Source: Waddliaceae bacterium (GTDB lineage Bacteria > Chlamydiota > Chlamydiia > Chlamydiales > Waddliaceae). From it: 64,000 nt of DNA. Made by a program: the position numbers and the translations under genes. Under the pieces are notes generated by a model. It made no database searches and was not told the origin of the DNA. It worked only from the letters and a program-made list of their open reading frames with translations. Positions 41,701-51,500 of this stretch are shown one piece after another. Location of the stretch: contig CAVRUH010000007.1 in the NCBI GenBank assembly GCA_963724325.1, positions 352,001 through 416,000 on the forward strand. The letters are read 5' to 3'. The stretch's first letter is position 1. Each line of letters begins with the position of its first letter.

Positions 41701-41972
41701 GATGTCTTGAATTACTTTGTGAGGGGTATATTAATCTCAAAAAAATTGAACCGGGAAAAGCTATTGTCGAAAAAATGTTTGAACTTGCTGAGAAACAGAA
41801 GCACAAAGTAATGGAAGTCTATGCATGGCGATGTAAAGCTGAAATCGATAAGATTGAAGGTATAGTGCCGCCAAACGAAGTGGAAGAAGAATTCAAAAAG
41901 GCCCTCAATCTTGCCGAATCAATGGGAATGCTACCCGAAGTCGAACGTTTAAAAAAGAACATCCTTAATTGA
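38763..41972 (+). CDS. Double zinc ribbon + class III nucleotide cyclase + STAND/AAA ATPase + TPR protein, copy 1
   Basis: Four CxxC; FSDVAGST, GDGIMALFG; Walker A GEPGEGKS, Walker B LLIEDMQW, GNPFF; helical-repeat C-terminus. Confidence 0.9.
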   Translation: MIKCPHCKQECPDGSKFCPSCGKPMQKKCPSCGHMVDPKDHFCPECGTSLKAETSPPPPEKKPEASPKAVDQFEGSRKHVTIFFSDVAGSTALSAGLDPEKVREMMEPVLKAMNSAVQQYGGTVIKAAGDGIMALFGAPISYEDHPLRACHAALLLQKTIKELESQISVRVGINSGEAIVDLIDSDTRKEYDAMGTAVSLASRMEQMAKPGSVQISIETYQLVKDAVLVKSNGVQEVKGFPEPMEIFELTGVKKDFTRFVQLKTSQLTKFQGRTKEMSLLNSTLAMAMQGQGKIIGVVGEPGEGKSRLVYEFMNFSEAKDHVQYISQCQAMMNNNSFFSARQILRSIFNVFDQPPEEQQASIRKTLDVFKEDFNEFLNVSFAILNFPLTDPEWTSLSPEFKRVKILNGFVKLIIAMDMQKPIILLIEDMQWIDEDTLECVNRLAKQLINHKILLILTYRPEFHDSAFDRNYFTRIPLDPLAEDNFYELVSTILGSDAGLEPLKQKLVERCHGNPFFLEETILSLKDHNDLEGSQGNYYLTHPVEKIDLPNSVQSVLEARVELLDFQEKKIIRTCAVIGKTIPINLLKLVANVKDEDLELSLNKIKEKKFISKTQEFPEIMFSFTHDVVLDTIYKSILNTQKKVLHLSLLRSLEKNYQSNDLEQLTIKAHHAFRGEDWDKALNYYFALQWDAHQRSSPFEAIVHFDRATEAYYNIVNPTQEQIKRYLTALNLKVHECVWLGRYNEVILLFDSGKDVISELHDKLKEVELYAFLGNMGSTGSGDYINALKYAEKASEILAEVEKETGTKYQDLRVLVCLALVHGYHYAGEYRKEINYGLSALELLQDPTKSDKTTGGPIWTIIQVWVLMASALIGDSVVGKKCETDLLRFLKIEKPSAALHVSYFGLCIYYARIKDWEQALKYADLAREIGHQLGITLALNAVLSVQGYIYTLHNKNKEAEDLLDKAYEMDKQGNFNFFASRCLELLCEGYINLKKIEPGKAIVEKMFELAEKQKHKVMEVYAWRCKAEIDKIEGIVPPNEVEEEFKKALNLAESMGMLPEVERLKKNILN

Positions 41973-42025
41973 CTTCTTATCCCCAAATACAATATAGATA
42001 GTATGGATTGACATAGGAAAATCTA

Positions 42026-45000
42026 ATGATAAAATGTCCGCATTGCAACCAAGAATGTCCTGATGGGTCAAAGTTCTGTCCATCTTGCGGTAAACCCATG
42101 CAAAAAAAATGCCCCTCATGCGGACATATGGTAGACCCTAAGGACCAATTTTGCCCGGAATGCGGCACTTCATTGAAGGCTGAAACATCACCTCCTCCTC
42201 CTCCTCCTCCTGAAAAGAAACCTGAAGCGTCTCCTAAGGCGGTTGACCAATTTGAAGGTAGCAGAAAACACGTGACTATATTCTTCTCGGATGTTGCCGG
42301 TTCGACAGCCCTAAGTGCGGGGCTTGATCCCGAAAAGGTACGTGAAATGATGGAGCCAGTATTAAAAGCAATGAACAGTGCCGTTCAACAATATGGGGGA
42401 ACCGTAATTAAAGCTGCAGGTGATGGGATTATGGCTCTCTTCGGCGCCCCGATTTCATATGAAGATCATCCCCTGAGAGCATGCCACGCAGCATTGCTTT
42501 TGCAAAAAACAATAAAGGAACTTGAATCTCAAATATCGGTTAGAGTGGGCATTAATTCCGGAGAAGCCATTGTTGATCTAATAGACAGCGATACCCGAAA
42601 AGAGTACGATGCAATGGGTACAGCCGTTGCTCTTGCCTCACGTATGGAACAAATGGCAAAACCTGGGTCTGTGCAAATTTCTATAGAAACTTATCAATTG
42701 GTAAAAGATGCTGTTCTTGTGAAGTCCAATGGAGTGCAGGAAGTTAAAGGTTTTCCTGAACCTATGGAAATTTTTGAGTTAACTGGGGTTAAAAAAGATT
42801 TTACCAGATTCGTACAGCTTAAGACTTCGCAATTGACTAAATTTCAGGGACGTACCAAAGAAATGTCACTGCTTAATTCTACTTTAGCAATGGCTATGCA
42901 GGGGCAAGGTAAAATCATTGGGATTATGGGGGAACCAGGGGAAGGTAAATCGAGATTGGTTTATGAATTCATGAATTTTTCTAGTGCGAAAGATCATGTA
43001 CAATACATATCTCAGTGTCAAGCAATGATGCATAACAACTCATTTTTCTCTGCTAAACAGATTTTACGAGGTATATTTGGGATTTTCGATCAGCCTCCAG
43101 AGGAACAGCAGGCAATTATCAGAAAAACCTTGGAGGTCTTTAAAGAAGATTTTAAGGAATATCTCAATGTTTCATTTGCGATTTTGAATTTTCCCTTAAA
43201 TGATCCTGAATGGACAGCATTGTCACCAGAATTTAAGCGTGTAAAGATCCTAAATGGCTTTGTTAAGTTAATAATTGCCATGGATTTACAAAAGTCGATT
43301 ATTTTGTTAATTGAAGATATGCAATGGATTGATGAAGATTCCCTTGAATGTGTAAATAGGCTTGCTAAGCAGATTATGAATCACAAAATTCTACTTATTC
43401 TGACTTATCGACCAGAATTTGACGATAGTGTTTTTGACAGAAACTATTTTACGAGAATCCCCATTGTTCCTTTGGCTGGTGATAATTTTTATGAATTGAC
43501 AACTAGTATTTTAGGGCCAGATGCTGGACTAGAACCTTTGAAGCGAAAGCTGGTCGAACGTTGTCATGGCAACCCATTTTTTCTTGAGGAAACGGTCCGT
43601 TCTTTAAAGGATCATGGTGATCTAGAAGGGAGTCAAGGAAACTACTTTTTGACTCATCCTGTTGAAAAAATTGATCTTCCCAACTCGGTCCAATCCGTTT
43701 TGGAGGCCCGAGTAGAGTTGCTAGAATCCCAGGACAAAAAGATCATTCGAACATGTGCAATTATCGGAAAAATGATACCATTTAATTTATTAAAATTGGT
43801 TGCCACTATAAACGATATAGATTTAGAACAGGCTTTAACAAGGATTTCTGATAAAAAATTTATTTCAAAAACACAAGAATTTCCAGAAACAATTTACATG
43901 TTTATTCACGAAGTTGTTTTAGATACCATCTACAAAAGTATTTTAAATACGCAAAAAAAAGCTGTGCATTTAAGCTTACTGCACAGTTTAGAAATAAACT
44001 ACCAAGGAAATGATCTCGAACAAATGACTATCAAGGCTCACCACGCATTTAGGGGAGAAGACTGGGATAAAGCTCTTTATTATTACGTTGCATTACAGTG
44101 GGATGCTCACCAGCGATCTTCCCCCTTAGAAGCTATTGTGCACTTTGATAAGGCCACCGAGGCATACTACAACATAGTAAATCCTACGAAAGAGCAAATA
44201 CAGCGATATTTGAACGCACTTAATAGGAAAGCGCACGAGTGTATTTGGTTGGCAAGATATCAAGAGATAATATTATTATTCGAATCGGGGAAAGAATTAA
44301 TTGCTGAATCCAATGATAAAATTGCAGAAATTGAATTAAATGCATTTCTAGGTAGCATAGGTAATCTTCTTTCAGGAGAGTACGTTGAAGCGCTTAAATA
44401 TGCAGAAAAAGCATTAGCAGCCTTAGATGAGTTAGAAAAAGAGACTGGAACAAAATATGAAGATTTACGAGTCATAGTATATCAGGCACTAGTGCATGCA
44501 TACCACTATGCGGGAGAATACCGCAAAGAGATAGATTATGGCTTGAGTGCTTTGGAGTTATTACAAGATCCCACAAAAAGTGATAAAACAAGTGGGGGAC
44601 CTGTTTGGACAATTATTCAGGTTTGGGTTATCATGGCTTCTGCCTTGGTCGGAGATACCCATGCAGGTAAAAAATGTGAAACTGACCTATTGCGTTTTTT
44701 AAAGATTGAAAAACCGTCAGCTGCTTTACATATTTGTTATTTCGGATTGTGTATTTATTACGCCAATATTGCAGACTGGGAACAGGCATTAAAATATGCA
44801 GATTTATCTAGAGAAATCGGACATCAACTGGGTATTATCTTAGCTTTAAATACAGTCTTAAGTGTACAAGGCTACATATATACTTTGCAAAACAAAAATA
44901 AAGAAGCAGAAGAACTACTTGATCAAGCATATGAGCTCGATAAAAAGGGCAATTTTAATTTCTTTGCATCACGATGTCTTGAATTTGTTTGTCATGGGTA

Positions 45001-45244
45001 TATTAATCTCAAAAAAAATGAACCGGCAAAAGCTATTGTCGAAAAAATGTTTGAACTGGCTGAGAAACAGAAGCACAAAGTAATGGAAGTCTATGCATGG
45101 CGATGTAAAGCTGAAATCGATAAGATTGAAGGTAAAGTGCCGCCAAACGAAGTGGAAGAAGAATTCAAAAAGGCCCTCAATCTTGCCGAATCAATGGGAA
45201 TGCTACCCGAAGTCGAACGAATAAAAAAGAGCATCCTTCATTGA
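42026..45244 (+). CDS. Zinc ribbon-cyclase-STAND-TPR protein, copy 2
   Basis: Same motifs; N-terminal ~0.9 kb almost identical to copy 1. Confidence 0.9.
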   Translation: MIKCPHCNQECPDGSKFCPSCGKPMQKKCPSCGHMVDPKDQFCPECGTSLKAETSPPPPPPPEKKPEASPKAVDQFEGSRKHVTIFFSDVAGSTALSAGLDPEKVREMMEPVLKAMNSAVQQYGGTVIKAAGDGIMALFGAPISYEDHPLRACHAALLLQKTIKELESQISVRVGINSGEAIVDLIDSDTRKEYDAMGTAVALASRMEQMAKPGSVQISIETYQLVKDAVLVKSNGVQEVKGFPEPMEIFELTGVKKDFTRFVQLKTSQLTKFQGRTKEMSLLNSTLAMAMQGQGKIIGIMGEPGEGKSRLVYEFMNFSSAKDHVQYISQCQAMMHNNSFFSAKQILRGIFGIFDQPPEEQQAIIRKTLEVFKEDFKEYLNVSFAILNFPLNDPEWTALSPEFKRVKILNGFVKLIIAMDLQKSIILLIEDMQWIDEDSLECVNRLAKQIMNHKILLILTYRPEFDDSVFDRNYFTRIPIVPLAGDNFYELTTSILGPDAGLEPLKRKLVERCHGNPFFLEETVRSLKDHGDLEGSQGNYFLTHPVEKIDLPNSVQSVLEARVELLESQDKKIIRTCAIIGKMIPFNLLKLVATINDIDLEQALTRISDKKFISKTQEFPETIYMFIHEVVLDTIYKSILNTQKKAVHLSLLHSLEINYQGNDLEQMTIKAHHAFRGEDWDKALYYYVALQWDAHQRSSPLEAIVHFDKATEAYYNIVNPTKEQIQRYLNALNRKAHECIWLARYQEIILLFESGKELIAESNDKIAEIELNAFLGSIGNLLSGEYVEALKYAEKALAALDELEKETGTKYEDLRVIVYQALVHAYHYAGEYRKEIDYGLSALELLQDPTKSDKTSGGPVWTIIQVWVIMASALVGDTHAGKKCETDLLRFLKIEKPSAALHICYFGLCIYYANIADWEQALKYADLSREIGHQLGIILALNTVLSVQGYIYTLQNKNKEAEELLDQAYELDKKGNFNFFASRCLEFVCHGYINLKKNEPAKAIVEKMFELAEKQKHKVMEVYAWRCKAEIDKIEGKVPPNEVEEEFKKALNLAESMGMLPEVERIKKSILH

Positions 45245-45297
45245 CTTCTAATCCTCAAATACAATATAGATAGTATGGATTGACATAGGAAAATTTA

Positions 45298-48200
45298 ATG
45301 ATAAAATGTCCGCATTGCAACCAAGAATGCCCTGAGGGTTCAAAGTTCTGCCCGTCGTGTGGCAATCCCATGCAAAAAAAATGCCCATCTTGCGGGCATA
45401 TGGTAGACCCTAATGATCATTTTTGCCCCGAATGCGGCACTTCATTGACTACGGCACCCCCACCTCCTCACCCTGAAAAGAAGCCTGAAGCAGCCACTAA
45501 GGCAATTGATCAATTTGAAGGCAGCAGGAAACACGTGACTATTTTTTTCTCGGATGTTGCCGGTTCGACAGCCCTAAGCGCGGGGCTTGATGCTGAAAAA
45601 GTGCGTGAAATGATGGAGCCAGTATTAAAAGCAATGAGCAGTGCCGTTCACCAATATGGGGGTACCGTAATTAAAGCTGCAGGTGATGGTATTATGGCTC
45701 TATTCGGTGCCCCGATTTCCTACGAGGATCATCCCCTAAGAGCATGCCATGCGGCATTACTTCTGCAAAAAACAATAAAGGAACTTGAATCACAAATATC
45801 GGTCAGAGTGGGCATTAACTCCGGAGAAGCTATTGTCGATCTAATAGGCAGTGACACCCGAAAAGAGTTCGATGCGATGGGTACAGCCGTCTCTCTTGCC
45901 GCACGCATGGAACAAATGGCGAAACCTGGGACTGTGCAAATTTCTACAGACACTTATCAATTGGTAAAAGATGCTGTTCTTGTGAAGTCCAATGGTGTGC
46001 AAGAAGTTAAAGGTTTTCCCGAACCTATGGAAATTTTTGAGTTAACAGGGGTTAAAAAGAATTTTACCCGATTTGTGCAGCTCAAGACTTCGCAACTGAC
46101 TATATTTCAGGGACGTGCGAAAGAGATGTCGCTGCTTAGCTCTACTTTAGCAATGGCAATGCAGGAACATGGTAAAATCATTGGGATTGTAGGTGAACCT
46201 GGGGAGGGTAAATCGAGACTGGTTTATGAATTCATGAATTTTTCAGAAGCAAAAGATCATGTACAATATATATCTCAGTGTCAGGCAATGATGAATAACA
46301 ACTCATTTTTCTCTGCTAGACAGATTTTACGAGGTCTATTTGGCATTTTTGATCAGCCTCCAGAAGAACAACAGGAAATCATCAAAAAAACCTTGGAGCC
46401 CTTCAAAGAAGATTTTAATGAGTTTCTCAATATTTCATTTGCGATTTTGAATTTTCCTTTAGCAGATCCAGAATGGACATCATTGTCACCTGAATTTAAA
46501 CGTGTAAAAATCCTAAATGGCTTTGTTAAGTTAATAATTGCCATGGATTTACAAAAGCCCATTATTTTGTTAATTGAAGATATGCAATGGATCGATGATG
46601 ATTCCCTTGAATGCGTAAATAGGCTTGCTAAGCAGCTTATGACTCACAAAATCCTACTTATCCTGACCTATCGACCTGAGTTTGATGATAGTGCTTTTGA
46701 CAAAAACTATTTTACCCGAATTCCCATAGATCCTTTAGCTGGTGATAATTTTTATGAATTGGTATCTAATATTTTAGGACCAGATGCCGGCCTAGAACCA
46801 TTGAAACAAAAACTGGTCGCACGTTGCCATGGCAACCCATTTTTTCTTGAGGAAACCATTCGTTCCTTGAAAGATCATAATGATCTTGAAGGGAGCCAGG
46901 GCAACTATTATTTAACCCATCCTGTGGAGAAAATCGATCTTCCCAACTCAGTCCAGTCTGTTTTGGAAGCACGTGTAGAACTGTTAGATCTTCAGGAAAA
47001 AAAGATCATTCGAACCTGTGCTGTCATCGGAAAGACTATACCTCTTAATTTACTCAAGTTGGTTGCCAATGTAAAAGACGAAGATTTGGAATTATCTTTA
47101 AATAAGATTGAGGAAAAGAAATTCATTTCAAAAACACAAGAATTTCCTGAAATTATGTTTTCTTTTATACACGATGTTGTTTTAGACACAATCTACAAAA
47201 GTATTTTAAACACACAGAAAAAGACCTTGCATTTAAGTTTGCTTCGAAATTTGGAAAAAAACTATCAAGGCAATGATCTTGAATTATTGGCAATTAAGGC
47301 GCACCACGCATTTCGGGGAGAAGACTGGGATAAAGCTCTAAATTATTATGTTGCATTACAGTGGGATGCCCATCAGCGATCTTCCCCATTGGAAGCTATT
47401 ACACACTTTGACAGGGCTACCGAGGCATATTATAATATAGCAAATCCTACGAAAGAGCAGATACAGCGATATTTAACTGCCCTGAATAGAAAAGTCCATG
47501 AGTGTGTTTGGTTGGGAAGATTTCAAGAAGTTATTTTGTTATTTGAATCAGGAAAAGATTTAATTTTAAATCTAAATGATAAAAAACTAGAAGTGGAGTT
47601 AAATGCCTTCTTGGGTAATGTTGGATATATTGGATCTGGGAAATATGTTGAAGGCCTCAAATGTGCTGAGAATGCATTAGCGATTCTGGAAGAAATGGAA
47701 AAGACAACCGGAACCAAAGATGAAGGATTATCCGTTTTGGTAAACGCGGCATTATTGCGCGGATATCATTATGCCGGAGAATACCGTAAGGAAATAAATT
47801 CTGGTTTAAGTGCCTTAGAATATTTACCTGATCCCACTGAAAGGGATAAATCAACTGGCGGACCTGTTTGGGCTATTATAAAGATGTGGGTCATCATGGC
47901 CTCTGCAGTTGTTGGTGATACGGATATAGCAAAAAAATGCGAGACTGATCTTTTGCGATTTACAAAATTTGAAAAACCATCAACCTCCTTATATATATCT
48001 TATGTTGGCCTTTGTATATACTACGCTAGGATTAGCGATTGGGAAAATGCTTTGAAATTTGCAGATTTAGCTAGAGAATTGGGTTTTCAATTGGGACTTA
48101 GTCTGGCCTTAAATGCTGTTCTAGGTATAAAAGGATATATTTTTACTTTACAAAATAAAAATGAAGAGGCTGAAGGCCTTCTTGACGAAGCTTATGATAT

Positions 48201-48507
48201 CGCAAAAAGGGGCAATTTTATCTTTTTTGCTTCAAGGGGCATTGACATTATCTGTGAGGGGTATATTAATCTCAAAAAATTCGAACCGGCAAAGGCTATT
48301 GTCGATAAGATGTTTGAACTTGCTGAGAAACAGAAGCACAAAGTCATGGAAGCCTATGGATGGAGATTGAAAGCTGAAATCGACAGGCTCGAAGGTAAAG
48401 TTCCGCCAAATGAAGTGGAAGAAGAATTCAAAAAGGCCCTCAATCTTGCCGAATCAATGGGAATGCTTCCCGAAATTGAACGAATTAAAAAAGTATCAAT
48501 GCACTGA
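45298..48507 (+). CDS. Zinc ribbon-cyclase-STAND-TPR protein, copy 3
   Basis: Same motifs; most divergent TPR region. Confidence 0.9.
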   Translation: MIKCPHCNQECPEGSKFCPSCGNPMQKKCPSCGHMVDPNDHFCPECGTSLTTAPPPPHPEKKPEAATKAIDQFEGSRKHVTIFFSDVAGSTALSAGLDAEKVREMMEPVLKAMSSAVHQYGGTVIKAAGDGIMALFGAPISYEDHPLRACHAALLLQKTIKELESQISVRVGINSGEAIVDLIGSDTRKEFDAMGTAVSLAARMEQMAKPGTVQISTDTYQLVKDAVLVKSNGVQEVKGFPEPMEIFELTGVKKNFTRFVQLKTSQLTIFQGRAKEMSLLSSTLAMAMQEHGKIIGIVGEPGEGKSRLVYEFMNFSEAKDHVQYISQCQAMMNNNSFFSARQILRGLFGIFDQPPEEQQEIIKKTLEPFKEDFNEFLNISFAILNFPLADPEWTSLSPEFKRVKILNGFVKLIIAMDLQKPIILLIEDMQWIDDDSLECVNRLAKQLMTHKILLILTYRPEFDDSAFDKNYFTRIPIDPLAGDNFYELVSNILGPDAGLEPLKQKLVARCHGNPFFLEETIRSLKDHNDLEGSQGNYYLTHPVEKIDLPNSVQSVLEARVELLDLQEKKIIRTCAVIGKTIPLNLLKLVANVKDEDLELSLNKIEEKKFISKTQEFPEIMFSFIHDVVLDTIYKSILNTQKKTLHLSLLRNLEKNYQGNDLELLAIKAHHAFRGEDWDKALNYYVALQWDAHQRSSPLEAITHFDRATEAYYNIANPTKEQIQRYLTALNRKVHECVWLGRFQEVILLFESGKDLILNLNDKKLEVELNAFLGNVGYIGSGKYVEGLKCAENALAILEEMEKTTGTKDEGLSVLVNAALLRGYHYAGEYRKEINSGLSALEYLPDPTERDKSTGGPVWAIIKMWVIMASAVVGDTDIAKKCETDLLRFTKFEKPSTSLYISYVGLCIYYARISDWENALKFADLARELGFQLGLSLALNAVLGIKGYIFTLQNKNEEAEGLLDEAYDIAKRGNFIFFASRGIDIICEGYINLKKFEPAKAIVDKMFELAEKQKHKVMEAYGWRLKAEIDRLEGKVPPNEVEEEFKKALNLAESMGMLPEIERIKKVSMH

Positions 48508-48586
48508 AAAATAACAATCTTATTTTATTGACTTTTTATACTTTTCGCTATTATTTATGGAAGTAGGTTGAGCAAGGAAAAAATTA

Positions 48587-51500
48587 ATGATAAGATGTCC
48601 AAATTGTAATAAAGAATGTCCAGACGGATCAAAGTTCTGTCGGTCTTGTGGTAAGCTGATACAAAAAACATGCCCTTCTTGCGGACTTGTAGTGGACCCT
48701 CAGGACAGTTTTTGTCAACAATGCGGCACTTCATTGACTGCCGCAACACCGCCTTCATTTGAAAAAACAACAGAAGAAGAATCCAAAGAGATTGATCAAT
48801 TTGAGGGTAGCAGGAAACATGTGACTATATTTTTCTCTGATGTCACAGGATCTACAGTGCTCAGTTCAGGGCTTGATCCCGAAAAAATACGTGAAATGAT
48901 GGTGCCGGTATTAAAAGCAATGAGCAGTGCTGTTCACGAATATGGGGGTACCGTAATTAAAGCTGCAGGTGATGGTATTATGGCTCTCTTCGGCGCCCCG
49001 ATTTCCTACGAAGATCATCCCCTGAGGGCTTGCCATGCCGCATTACTTTTGCAAAAAACAATAAGGGAACTTAAATCTCAAATATCGGTACGAGTCGGCA
49101 TTAATTCCGGAGAAGCTATTGTCGATCTAATCGGTAGTGACGCCCGAAAAGAGTACGATGCGATGGGAACAGCTGTTGCTCTTGCCGCACGCATGGAACA
49201 AATGGCACTACCTGGAACTGTGCAAATTTCTACAGACACCTATCAATTAGTAAAGGATGCAGTTCTTGTGAAGTCCAATGGGATGCAGCTAGTGAAAGGC
49301 TTTCCAGAACCTATGGAAATTTTTGAGTTGACCGGGGTAAAGAAGGATTTTACCCGATTTGTGCAGCTCAAGACTTCGCAACTGACTAGATTTCAGGGAC
49401 GTACCAAAGAGATGTCGTTGCTTAATTCTACTTTAGCTATGGCTATACAGGGGCAAGGTAGAATCATTGGTATTGTAGGTGAACCCGGGGAGGGTAAATC
49501 GAGACTGGTTTATGAATTCATGAATTTTTCTAGTGCGAAAGATCATGTCCAATACATATCTCAGTGTCAAGCGATGATGAATAACAACTCCTTTTTCTCT
49601 GTACGACAGATATTACGAGGCATATTTGGTATCTTTGATCAGCCTCCAGAGGAACAGCAAGCAATCGTCAGAAAAACCTTGGAAGTCTTTAAAGAAGATT
49701 ATAACGAATATCTCAATGTTTCATTTGCGATTTTGAATTTTCCATTAAAAGATCCTGAATGGGAATCATTATCACCTGAATTTAAACGTGTAAAAACCCT
49801 AAATGGCTTTGTTAAGTTAATAATTTCTATGGATTTACAAAAACCTATTATTTTGTTGATTGAAGATATCCAATGGATTGATGAAGATTCACTTGAATGC
49901 GTGAATAGGCTTGGCAAGCAGCTTATAAATCACAAAATTCTACTTATCCTGACTTATAGGCCTGAATTTGACGATAGTGCTTATGACAGGAACAATTTTG
50001 CGAGAATCCCCATTGTCCCTTTGCCTCGTGATAATTTTTATGAATTGGTAACTAATATTTTAGGGCCGGATGCTGGGCTAGAGCCATTAAAACAAAAGCT
50101 GGTCGAACGTTGTCATGGCAACCCATTTTTTCTTGAAGAAACTGTCCGCTCCTTAAAGGATCATGGTGAGCTAGAAGGGAGTCAAGGAAACTACTTTTTG
50201 ACTCATCCTGTTGATAACATTATTCTTCCCAACTCAGTCCAGTCCGTCTTGGAGGCCCGTGTAGAGTTGCTAGATTACGAGGACAAAAAAATCATTCGAA
50301 CATGTGCTGTTATTGGAAAGACGATACCCCTAAATTTATTAAAGTTAGTTTCCAACGTAAAGGAAGTTGATTTAGAACAAGCCTTGGCAAAGATTTCGGA
50401 TAAAAAATTCATTTCGAAAACGCAAGAATTCCCAGAAATCATTTATACGTTTATTCATGATGTTGTTTTGGACACCATCTACAAAGGGATTCTAAAAAAG
50501 CAAAAAAAAATAATTCATTTAAGCTTGCTGCATAGTCTTGAAATAAATTATCAAGGAAATGATCTCGAACAAATGACAATCAAGGCTCACCACGCATTTA
50601 GGGGGGAAAACTGGGATAAAGCGCTTAATTACTACATTGCATTGCAATTGAATGCGCACCTCCGATCTTCGCCATTGGAAGCCATCGCACACTTTGACAA
50701 AGCTACTGATGCATACTACAACATAGTAAATCCTACGAAGGAGCAGACACAGCGATATTTGAATGCACTTTATAGGAAGGGGCATGAATGTATTTGGCTG
50801 GGAAGGAATCAAGAGGTAATATTATTATTTGAAACGGGGAAAGACTTAATTACTGCTTCAAGTGATAAAATTGCGGAAATCGAATTAAATGCATTTCTAG
50901 GCAACCTAGGTAACTTGGGTTCAGGAAAGTACATTGAAGCGCTTAAATATGCAGAAAAAGCATTAGCAGTCTTAGAAGAGGTAGAAAAAGAGACCAGAGC
51001 AAATTATGAAGATTTACGAGTTTTAGTATATCAGGCACTCGTACATGCATACCATTATTCTGATGAATATCGTAAAGAGATAGATTATGGTCTTAGTGCT
51101 TTGGAATTTTTACAAGATCCTACAAAAAGTGATAAAACGACAGGCGGGCCTGTTTGGACAATTATTCAGGTTTGGATTATCATGGCTTCTGCCTTGATCG
51201 GAGATACTATTGTAGGTAAAAAATGTGAAACCGACCTATTGCGTTTTTTAAAGATTGAAAAACCATCTGCTGCTTTACATATTTGTTATTTCGGATTGTG
51301 TGTCTATTACGCCAATATTGCAGATTGGGAACAGGCATTAAAATATGCAGATTTGTCTAGAGAAATTGGACGTCAACTAGGTATTACCTTAGCTTTAAAT
51401 GCAGTCTTAAGCGTGCAAGGCTACATTTACTCTTTGCAAAATAAAAATAAAGAAGCAGAAGTCCTTCTTGATAGAGCTTACGAGATGGATAAAGAAGGAG

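Noticed and set aside
39818..50812. Recurrent short antisense and alternate-frame ORFs within the cyclase genes
   Set aside because: They recur only because the host genes are paralogous; no independent coding evidence
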